The notes beneath the pieces are model-generated. The model saw nothing but the letters and a program-made list of their open reading frames with translations, was not told where the DNA came from and made no database searches. Below, piece after piece: positions 1 to 18,700 of a stretch of 34,403 bases of DNA; position 1 is the first letter of the stretch, and each line of letters starts with the position of its first letter. Both the position numbers and the translations under genes were made by a program. The stretch lies in contig WELA01000937.1 of NCBI GenBank assembly GCA_009602735.1, positions 142,517 to 176,919 of the forward strand. The letters are read 5' to 3'. This DNA is from Mesotaenium endlicherianum. Its lineage: Eukaryota.

Positions 1-220
1 GGGGGTGAGGGAAGAGGGGGGAAGAGGGGGTGGGACGGTGGGAAGGAGAGAGAGGGCAGGAGATGAGTACAGCTGAGAATTATTGCTGCCGAGATGATAG
101 CGGAAGCCAGCCACAGCAAAATGATGTTGCCTCAAAACCAGACACAGGTGTACTTATATGATGATATTTACCAGTGTTGTGATTGTTTGTACACGTATAA
201 GCAAACAATTTACGAGGTAC

Positions 221-7519
<7,299 letters not shown>

Positions 7520-8998
7520 GCTGCAAGCAGGTGCTCAGTGGGCCGAACCAATGTCCTCCTTCAGAACCTCTAACTGTTCTCCAGCCCTTTTCTCCTTCAA
7601 CTGAATAGCGTGCACAACTGGTGGTTCGAGAGTGATTGCGAGGAGATGAAGAGAAAATCCACTGGTGTTATGAAAGGATTGACGGGTGACAGGCACGTGA
7701 ACAATCACCAAGACCTTCTATAACTGAAGGAAGCAGTTTTTGCAGTCTGCACAGTATATAAGAAATCTCAAGAGAAAGAGACTCCTCTTCAGCAAGGAAA
7801 AGAGTTGGAAATTGGCCTTGTACAGTGTTTTTCTTTTCTTATCGTGCAACCTAGGTGAAACTTCGGAACAGCGATATGCCTATCATGCATGGCGTTTTTG
7901 GCTAAGCAGATGTAACAGCCATGTATACCGACCCCACTTGGTCGGCTCCCCGATCAGTCGATTGTTCACTGCTGTTCACGGCAGCTCGAGTTCGTGACAA
8001 TGTAACGAACGAGTCAAGATCGGTCAAACTTTCTAGTTTGCTTTGTAGTCGTCTCTGCAAATTTTTGCACTTCTAGTATGCATGCAGTACTTGCCGTGTT
8101 CTGGGGTTGGCAAGTGTACGAAATAAACTGTATGTGGTGTACTCACGAAATGAAGCATCAAATTGCAGGAATTAGCGGTGCTACGCAGATTGGAACACAC
8201 CATGCGGTACGCGAAAAGGGACAGCAGGGGTACGCAGACCAAGACGATTGGTGAGAGCACGCGTCGCAAAGTTGAACGTCATGCAGTACGCAAGAAGGAA
8301 CAGCACGTACGCGTAGTGCAACATGGTGGAACGCAGTGGCGTACGCAGGAAGGTCAGCACAAATACGCAATAAAGAGCTCCATATAGTAGGTGATTCATA
8401 TGCAGTATATACGCGCCCCAAGTACGCATGAAAGGAAGCAGGTGTAAGCATCAAAGAACAGCAGGTCTACGTAATAAGGGCTTATATTGGTACGCAGAAA
8501 TGGACGGCAGAATAAGCAATGCGGAACGGGGTACGGCATCTAGAAGTGAAAGTGGTGCGCTGAATGGGCAAGAGACAGCAAAAGACAATAAAAGACTGGT
8601 ACAAGAGGCAAAAAGGCACAAAAAGGGGTTACGGAGAGTGAGACGCTGTGTTGACTGGATGTTACACAAAGTGGTCAAGAGGGCAGGATGGAATACGAAA
8701 TTTGAGATGCCCGTGACTAACGCCATGCGACTCCACGCTTCGTAGCCTGCGCGACTGAATTTTGCGGACCCCATGCAACCACATGCGATTATGCTCACAA
8801 AATGTTGCTTCTTCCTTTTAGCAATATGGAGCTTTATATGCATCATCAATGTCTTCTTTGCTGCAAATGCATCAAGCTCGTCCATGCAAATTTTATGCAT
8901 AGAAGTAATGCGTTTCCTAAAATTTGTCTTTTATTTTGTAAACCTCTTGTGAGGGTTACTGGGGCACTACTGCCGGAAGTAGAGAACTCTTCCTAGAA
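7520..8998. promoter_or_regulatory. Divergent (head-to-head) intergenic/promoter region between SPPL and NPP, containing a GTACGC/TACGC motif cluster
   Basis: 1.48 kb between two divergent start codons, free of microsatellites. It has 12 GTAC cores at 8087-8602. Transcription starts cannot be determined from sequence. Confidence 0.6.
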
Positions 8999-11900
8999 AT
9001 GGCATTTCAGCCCGTAGACAGGCACGAGGACGCCGACAAGATCTCCCCTACACATGCATCTTTTTCATCACAGTATGAATCCACTACTGAAAAGCAAGCC
9101 CTCCGTGAAGAGAGTCAGGAGTTATCTGATTTACTAAAGGAGGGCCGCAGCAGGTCAATGCCAGATATGTCGTATGAGGATATTCTTCCCACGAATCGCG
9201 ATGAGTATGATAGTACGGGATGTAACAAGACGCGTGTCGACCTGAGGCACTGGCTTAGAAACCGTGTTGCGTGTTGGTCCTTTCCCTTGATGTTTTTCTT
9301 CTCCGTCTGTAAGTACACTCTCCAAGCTTGAGCATGGTGAATGTAACGTTAGCCTGAGCGTGTTCTCGTGGTTATGCTCTGCCATATTCTCAGAGGTCAA
9401 ACACAGTCAACTCCCAGCAATCATGTTATGATCAGCTTCCGGTTCCAGCTCCAGAGGCAGCCTCAATTCCATTATATTGCATTGTACCTTTAAGGAACTC
9501 CGGTCTTCCATTCTTCATCTTCAGAGTCTAGTTGCAAAAATATTTCAGCTTCACATACGCAGCCACCAAGTAGATCTCCGATCGGCCACACTCCGGTGAT
9601 CTTACCAAAGATGCAGTCTGGAACAATACATTCTTACTAACTGCATCTGGTGCAGAGGGACACATCATCCTCAACTGGGTTGTTATCTCACATCTCTTTA
9701 TCCTACCGCATAGGCTAAACAACAAATGAATCAATCTCAATTATTTTGTTGGCGCTCTCCTCTACCCTCCCCGCCATTCTCTGTTATAAGCACGCTGTTC
9801 AGAAGAAACTACGTAAGGCAAAGAGAAAATATAACAAGAAGGGGACAGCAAGCAGCTTCTAAGCAGGTGCATGTATATCTTCTCCCTCGCCCCCGTGGGT
9901 CGTCTGGCTGGCAGGTGCGCTGGCATTTGCCTACATATTTCTACTAAAGTTCGTATATCCAATGATAGTGGGCGGCATGTGGAAGTGCGTGCCGACCCTG
10001 GGGATCGATTTGACTCGCGCAAAGTGCTCGTGGGGGAATTCGGTGAGACCTCAGACGCGCCTGGAGAAGCCACTTGTCATCATGATCTCTTCCGACGGCT
10101 TCAGATGGGGGTTCCAGTACAAAGCTCCCACGCCCAACATCGACAGGTACCACGTGCGTGCATTCATGTGGATGTAGATGCAATTACATGTCACACACGA
10201 TTGTTTAGATGTAGATATACATACACATATATATGTGCGTGTTTTAGAGATATATATGTAAATATTTGGAGATCATAAATGTGTGTGTGTATGTTCAGGT
10301 AATCGCACTCTCAACGAGCACAATCAGTTTCAAACTTTGCATCTATATACTGGCCACGTGTTATATGTATGTGTGTATTTGTGCGTGTACTAGTGTGAAC
10401 ATGAGGAAGGACACACACACACACACACACACGCCTAAGAAGTGCAGTACAGAATGCAACGCGAGGCCACACCTCTGGATGCTCACTCGTCGTCGAGCGT
10501 GCTACTCTAACCTCCACAGGCGGCACGCGCGCACGCAAGCACATCACCAAGACACCTGGCATGAATGCACGCGCCTTTGCTTGCATCGTGATACAAGTGC
10601 ACGCACACGAGCAATCTGTGAGCGACAAGTGTCAAGGCCAGCTGTGGCTTCGTCCCCTGTCTCCCATTTTCCCTATGACAAAATTCTAAGCTCTGCGCGC
10701 ACCCCACTCACAAGCGCACGCACGCACGCACAGTCGTACGCACGCACGAATGTGCGCACCAAAGCAGACACGCATGCACGCCGGCAGCGATATTCCGACA
10801 CCTGGCATGCGCGCGCGTGTGGCGCGCATGCGCGAACGCACGCAGGCTGCGGCCGACGGACGTGGAGGCCAGAGCTCACATGCGCTGACACGCACGCTAT
10901 CTATCCTCCTTCCTCCCGTTCTCATCCCCGGCACTTTTGACACCTGGCACGCGCGTGTGGCGCGCTCCTGCACGCATGCAGGCTGCGGCGGACGGGCGTC
11001 GAGGCGGAGCACGGCCTCATCCCCGTCTTTCCATCTGTCACGTTCCCCAACCACTACTCCATCGCCACGGGGCTGCTGCCCGCCGCCCACGGCATCACCG
11101 CCAACTTCTTCCGCGACCCCGACAACGCCACCTGTCACTTTGACATGCTCTCGCACGACCCGCGCTGGTGGCTGGGGGAGCCCATCTGGCAGACAGCTGT
11201 CGACCAGGTGAGGGACGGGGGATGGGGGACGGCTAAGGGGAGAGGGGGGGCAGGGGGCAGGGTGGAGGAGGAGGGGGCGTGGCTTTCACTTGTGTTGTGC
11301 CAAGTGGCATCCTCTGAGCTGAGGTCGAACCCCCTGCTTGCCACGCTGTGCTGCACGTGTGCCAGCGCTATCAATATGAGCTTCATCGCTGCAATGCCAC
11401 CTGGCGCACAGGTCAGGTGGCCTCGTGCAATCAGTGGGTCATCTGAGCTCGGCCCACCTGGCGCACGTGTGGCGCACCAGGTAGCTGTGACCTGAGCCCC
11501 ACTCTTGCGCTGCCACCTGGCATCAGGACGCCTCCAAATCGGCAACCTTCCGGTCTGAAGAGCTGCCTTCCAGCCAAGCGCGTGCAATGGTTGAGTGGCT
11601 GTGATTGAAACTGCCGCTTGCATGGCGAGTGGGTGTGTGCCATAGCCAGCTGAACTATAGATATAACATATCTATAACATGTCTATGACATATATATATA
11701 TATATATATCGATTTCTATTATATATAACATAAATCATGGGCAGAGGTGCCTTGTAAGCAAATTCAAACTGGACTTGGACCAAAACGAGAAAACCAAGTG
11801 CACCTTCGCTTCACTTTCTATTGACCCGAATGCAGCAGTACTCTCATCCGTACGCAGCGAGAGGGCGAGAAAGCTGATGTGGAGTCGGGGGCCCGCCAGG

Positions 11901-12251
11901 GGGGGGGGTAGGCGAAGGGCATTGGGNGGGGGTGGAGGTGGGGGGGGTGGGAGGGACAGCTGGCAGACGCGAGGTGTTTGGGCGTAGGGTTTAGCTGGCC
12001 AGTCTTGTGCCAGTTGCAAGCTCCTGCCTTCCCAGCAATTTTCTCAGTCTGTTACTTGTCCTTCTAGCCAACAGCCTCAATCAATTGCTCGTACTAAATT
12101 GTAAATCGCCTCACTATTTAAGGCAGGGTTGGCTGCTTTTGAAACTCTCTAACCCGTGTGCGTGAGGTCCGCTTGTGAGTGCGCCAGCACACACACACAC
12201 ACGCACACACACACTCACACACACACACGCACACACACACTCACACACACA

Positions 12252-12285
<34 letters not shown>

Positions 12286-12633
12286 GGTAGCACTCAGAGA
12301 GCCAGTGGTGCTGACCACCCTATAGGAATTTTTCGGCCTGTTAGGCCCCCTTCTGCGAGCAAATGTCTCTCTCCAGACTTGAACACTTGTCAAGCGCCGA
12401 GTTTTCCTCCGCCTGTCCTCCCCTTACACTCTCCCCCCTTGTGGTCCCCAGCTTGCCCTCGCTCACCCTGGGCATGTGCGGACACGTGTCGGCTGCAGGG
12501 GCTGCAAGCAGCCACCTACTTCTGGCCGGGCTCTGAGGTGGCGAAGGGCAATTGGACGTGCCCGCCCGGGCTGTGCATGCACTACAACGGCAGCGTGCCC
12601 TACGCCGACGTATGTGCTCTCTCTCTCTCTCTT

Positions 12634-12717
<84 letters not shown>

Positions 12718-12718
12718 N

Positions 12719-12751
<33 letters not shown>

Positions 12752-15700
12752 CATAGCTTTTGTGAACTGTGCGTCGGGTGTCTGGCTCCACCACCCCTCC
12801 TAACGCAAATTGCTACAGAGTCGGCCGCGGCGATGTTAACTTTTTTTTGGATCTTTCGATTCTATCAAATCTATCAAATCTAGTTGCAGACGTAGATCGG
12901 AGTCCGATCATCGGTTCCCCACGAGATGGTGCACAGGCGTGCGCAGAACCTCAGTTGGAGTCCCGCGGAACGGCCCGTGCGTGTGTCTGCCTGCTTGTTT
13001 ACTTGCGTTCATACCCTTTCCGGCGTACCTCTCTGCGGCGCTGAAATCCCACAGGCGGCACCTGGCGTCACCAGGCGGCACCTCTCTCTCCCTCACTCCC
13101 TCTCTCTTCCCCCTCTCCCTCTCTTTTCCCTCTCTCACTCTGCATTTGTACAAGTATCTCTGTATCTACTAGCCGAGGCAGTCTTATGCCCGTGTGCTTG
13201 TCATGCGATGGGAAATACTCCGGAGTGTGCGTCGCTAGGTGGAGGCATCTCGATTTCGTGGTCATGGGGGCACAAGCATATATATTCAACGAAAAACCCT
13301 TACTCCTCAACCATAGACATGAGCTCAACCCTGAAACCCTAAAATGCGTATCCCGAAGGAGTGATGGCCCATGCCGTGGGCACAGGGTTCAAGGTTTGAT
13401 TGTGAAGGGTTTGGCGATTGAGCTATATGCGCGCATACAGAGGAAAGTGGTTCTAAAGGTTGCTCATCTTCAGAGAGGGTGCACCTCAAAGCACGAGGGT
13501 TGTGCTCTCCCTGTGCACTGTCAGCAATCCAGCTTGCCCCTTGTACGCGAAATGAGAATATAAGATACAATGATCACACGGACAAAAGCATACACATGGT
13601 TGTGTACTTGTTGCTATTGTTGCTATTGTACAGAAAGCACACATGTGCGTAAACTCCCACTCGGTCAATGCACACCCCCACAGGCTGCTGCTGCTGCAAC
13701 CCCGGCGATGACTGCCACTGTTGCTGCTGCTGCCCGTCTTGCCCCTGCCCGGGCGTGTGCCTGTGTGCACACCTACATGTGTGCGTGCGGATGTCTGGGG
13801 GCGGTACTGTACGTGGGCTGCCACCACCACTGCTGCTGCTGCTACAGCTCCTATCATGCAGGGTGCTTGTTTGTGTGTTACTCTGAGTGCAAATTCTGGG
13901 GCACTCTTTAATCTGCCAGATTACAGCCCCTACACACAAAGTCTCCACTCTTTATACTTAGAACAACTTCATAAATCAAAAGCCCTATTGCTGCAAAGAG
14001 TTTTTAACCATACCCAACCTGATGGCATGCAGCAAGCAAGCGCCCCCCCCCCCGGTTCTCTCACCCTCTCACCCCCACCCCCCTCGCCTTCACGCTCGGC
14101 ACGTTGCCCCATGTGTTGTCTTTGCCTCCTGCTTGCTGCTGACTCTGATGCGCGCTCTTGCTGGCGTTTGCCTGGAAGCACAAGTGTCCACACGTGTGTG
14201 CGTGTGCGCGTGCACGAGTGCGTGCGTGCGTGCGTGCGTGCATGCGAGCTCGTGTGTCTACGTGCTTGCCATTCCTGTCTCCAATGAACAAATGCTTTGC
14301 CTCTGCCTGCCCGAGGGGCAACAGGGCGCAGCTCCCGGCCCTGTGATGTCGCGCTCTTTCTGTACTTGCGACAAAAGGAAAGGGAGAAAGCAGAGTAGCT
14401 TCGATAAAGCAGCACGAACAGAACAAAGAAGCAAGGGCCCCTCTCGCGCGTGCGCACTGACTTTGGAACAAACCCTTTTTCGCAGCCCCGTTTCTTACTA
14501 TCCTCTCCAGTTCATCTTTTTCCCGACAGAGCAATCAGAAGCATTCGCTACCTTTCCCCCTCCCTGTCTCCCCCCACATTCCCTGTTTTTCCCTCTCCCC
14601 CACATTTCTTGCCGCCTGATGCCCCCTCCCCCGCCTTAGCCCCCTCGCCTCCGCTCGCTGCCATGCGCAGAGAGTGGACAAGGTGCTGGAGTGGGTGGAT
14701 CTGCCACCTGGCGCGATCCCGTCGATCGTCACGCTCTACTTCGAGGAGCCCGACCACGCCGGCCACGCGGTGGGCTCCGATGGGCGCCAGATCAGCGCCG
14801 CGGTGGCGCGTGTGGACGCCGCCATTGGGCGCCTCCTCGACGGTCTCAAGGACAGGTGGGCCAGTGCCCCGTCAGAAAGCTTCTCCTTTGTGCATTTTCG
14901 GGCAATTCGGGTGTTCTTTTGTTCCTTCATGGCCTTCGTTTGTGATTGTCGTTTTTTGTGTGTGCTCCAATGTCGTGTCATGGCTGGATGTGTCAGGCTG
15001 CAACAATGATGATGATGTCAGCAAATTTTACGCGCGGTGTGCGTGTGTGTGTTGCTATACGTGTGCATGCATCGAAAAACACATCTGGTAAGCAGCATAA
15101 CATATTTCTGTGATTTTTCATAAACATCAGTCTGTATTTGTTTCACTTTTCAAATATGTTCGCATCCAATTCCTGTGCGTGTCTGTGTACATGTGTTTTT
15201 TCTTGCATGTAAATTTGCATGTGCGCACGCGCGCGGGCGCTTGCGTGCGCGTGTGTGTGTGTGTCTGTACGTACATGCGAGTGTTTTCTGGGCGTGCATG
15301 TGTGTGCATCTTTGCACACGTTTAAGTGTTGAGCTGCATATTTTACCTAGGAAACCCTTCTGGGTTTTTCAAGTGCCACCTTTCTACAATCACTTGCACA
15401 CATGTAAAATGCCAAANTGCTGCTGACTCTGATGCGCGCTCTTGCTGGCGTTTGCCTGGAAGCACAAGTGTCCACACGTGTGTGCGTGTGCGCGTGCACG
15501 AGTGCGTGCGTGCGTGCGTGCGTGCATGCGAGCTCGTGTGTCTACGTGCTTGCCATTCCTGTCTCCAATGAACAAATGCTTTGCCTCTGCCTGCCCGAGG
15601 GGCAACAGGGCGCAGCTCCCGGCCCTGTGATGTCGCGCTCTTTCTGTACTTGCGACAAAAGGAAAGGGAGAAAGCAGAGTAGCTTCGATAAAGCAGCACG

Positions 15701-18700
15701 AACAGAACAAAGAAGCAAGGGCCCCTCTCGCGCGTGCGCACTGACTTTGGAACAAACCCTTTTTCGCAGCCCCGTTTCTTACTATCCTCTCCAGTTCATC
15801 TTTTTCCCGACAGAGCAATCAGAAGCATTCGCTACCTTTCCCCCTCCCTGTCTCCCCCCACATTCCCTGTTTTTCCCTCTCCCCCACATTTCTTGCCGCC
15901 TGATGCCCCCTCCCCCGCCTTAGCCCCCTCGCCTCCGCTCGCTGCCATGCGCAGAGAGTGGACAAGGTGCTGGAGTGGGTGGATCTGCCACCTGGCGCGA
16001 TCCCGTCGATCGTCACGCTCTACTTCGAGGAGCCCGACCACGCCGGCCACGCGGTGGGCTCCGATGGGCGCCAGATCAGCGCCGCGGTGGCGCGTGTGGA
16101 CGCCGCCATTGGGCGCCTCCTCGACGGTCTCAAGGACAGGTGGGCCAGTGCCCCGTCAGAAAGCTTCTCCTTTGTGCATTTTCGGGCAATTCGGGTGTTC
16201 TTTTGTTCCTTCATGGCCTTCGTTTGTGATTGTCGTTTTTTGTGTGTGCTCCAATGTCGTGTCATGGCTGGATGTGTCAGGCTGCAACAATGATGATGAT
16301 GTCAGCAAATTTTACGCGCGGTGTGCGTGTGTGTGTTGCTATACGTGTGCATGCATCGAAAAACACATCTGGTAAGCAGCATAACATATTTCTGTGATTT
16401 TTCATAAACATCAGTCTGTATTTGTTTCACTTTTCAAATATGTTCGCATCCAATTCCTGTGCGTGTCTGTGTACATGTGTTTTTTCTTGCATGTAAATTT
16501 GCATGTGCGCACGCGCGCGGGCGCTTGCGTGCGCGTGTGTGTGTGTGTCTGTACGTACATGCGAGTGTTTTCTGGGCGTGCATGTGTGTGCATCTTTGCA
16601 CACGTTTAAGTGTTGAGCTGCATATTTTACCTAGGAAACCCTTCTGGGTTTTTCAAGTGCCACCTTTCTACAATCACTTGCACACATGTAAAATGCCAAA
16701 GCACGGCATAGAAGATGATGCCCAGTTCAGAAAAATCTGGAAAAAGGCTCCCGCCCTTCTTCCTGTAGGTCTGGCGGCGCTCGTGGGGGAGAGTACGGGG
16801 CCTAGCTCGCATTTGGGGGGGGATAGGGCCGGGGCCAGGGGCGGNGTACTGAGCTGTTGTGTACCCCAATAGTACTCGCCTGTACCGGACCGTACTTTGC
16901 CTACTTGCTGCTGTACTTCTCTGTACCTTTCTGGACCGCATGCAGTCAATCCCGCCGGTATCACACAATGAGCTCCTCACTGCTATCATCGCAGCAGACG
17001 CTACCCTTATACGCTTTCTATCTCAACGTGTGGGGGGCTCCCCCCCCCCGTTCCCACCCCACCCCCCCCCTGCGCGCCCCTGGGGCCCCTTCCCTTTCCT
17101 TTCCCCCCCCTCACTCCCTCTTTGCACCAATCATTATTCGTGTCAGTCGGTCGGTCCCTGTGTTGCTTGTCACGCACTCTGATGGTTTTGTGTGTGGGTT
17201 ATTCATTGCTCGTGTGATATCCATTGCCTGTAACGTACACTGTGTGCGAGACACGTTGCTTGTAACTCCCTTTGCATGCCCAGAATGGGTACGGCGCGGG
17301 CGGCAGAGGCCCGACCCCGACGACTGCTCCCCCCCCTCTAAGAACAGCGGCGCGTTCTCCAACGCAGCGCCTGCTGGTTGACTCGGTGGCTGATCATGAT
17401 ACTCCACCCACAGATGTGCATGCACACCGAGACTCCGCCTCCTCCCTCACACCCCTGAGTGGTATTGAAGCTAAAACCAGAAGCGTGGCGGTCCTGAACC
17501 CAGAACCCTCAGCACTTGTTTTCTTCCGAACTCTGAGCCCCGAACCCTAAACCCCGAACTCCGAACCCGGAGCCCTGAACCCTGAACCCTGAATGCTGAA
17601 CCCTTGTTCCTCTTGAAACCTGAACCCTGAGCCCTGCCTTCTGCAGAGCCCCGACCCTTGATCCTGCTAAACCCTGAGCCCTGAATCCCGATTTTTTAGC
17701 CCGGGGATTCTAGCCCTCAGCAGAAGCGTTGCCCTATTTAGGCAGATTCTGCACCTTCTCAGAGCGTGAGGAGTGGCACCCCAGCCGTAGGTCGTCCTCG
17801 CCGCTCGTTTGCCTGGGACAGCGTGCGCGCGTGTAGCTAGCTCCCTTTGCTACAAGTCCTTTTGCGGGGTGGACGCTGGAGTCGAGGACGCCCTTGTTTT
17901 TGGGTCAAGGACATCGTTGCGCCTTTGTCTGCTCGTGTTGTGTCTTTGTTCTACTCTCCACTTTTTCTTGCTTATTGTCTCCAGGCCTCCTCACCTCCTT
18001 TATTCTGCTCTCCTCTTTTGTGTGCGTGTGTACGTGCGTGCGTGCGCGTGTGTCTGTGCGTGCGTGTGTGTGCGCGTGTGTGTGTGTGCGTGTGTGCGTG
18101 TGTGCGTGTGTGCACGCGCGCGTATGCTTGTGCGTGTGTGTGTGTGTGTGTGTGCGTGCGTGTGTGTGTGTGTTCATACAAGCACATTGCCAGGGGCATT
18201 GCAGAGGACGTTGACATCATCCTGCTGGGCGATCACGGGATGGTGTCGACGTGCGAGGCGCGGGAGATCTATCTTGAAGACTTTCTGGAGTGGGTGCCCA
18301 GTCTGAACAGGACCTGGGTGGACACGCTGTACCCTCTCCTGGCCATCAGGCCGCCGCCAGATGTCAGCGTCAAGGAGGTCTTTCGGGGCCTGACCGAGGG
18401 GCTGGTTTCGGGCAGAATAAAAAATTCGGAGTTCCTGTCGGTGTACCTGAAAGACGACCTGCCCGCCCGCTTCAACTACTCGGGTAGCCCTCGCATTCAG
18501 GTGGGCCTCATGGAGTCACAGACAGTTCTCTTTTCTCTCTTTTTTTTTTTTTCTTCCCTGGTCTTTCTTCTTAAATCTTAAAGATATAACATATGCACTC
18601 AAAACCACATCGAAACGTAGAGAATGAATGCAAAGGATCAAACAAGAATATGTGAGAACAGTCAAACAATCATGTCCGTACAATTGTACAAATGATAGAA

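Noticed and set aside
8405..8412. P1BS-type site GNATATNC (GTATATAC) upstream of the phosphodiesterase
   Set aside because: Biologically plausible for phosphate-starvation control, but a single match to a pattern with 6 informative bases is expected by chance in a region this long.
8087..8602. CRISPR-like interpretation of the short repeated motif with variable spacers
   Set aside because: The repeat is only 5-7 bp, the spacing is irregular, the context is eukaryotic and there are no cas genes.
12175..12883. SLSLSL, RERERE and HTHTHT repeat ORFs (also at 17809-18306, 27911-28616 and 29520-30357)
   Set aside because: Translations of intronic dinucleotide microsatellites.
12895..12909. Small inverted repeat GATCGGA-G-TCCGATC and adjacent TCTATCAAA direct repeat as a MITE end
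   Set aside because: No matching second terminus or target-site duplication was found.
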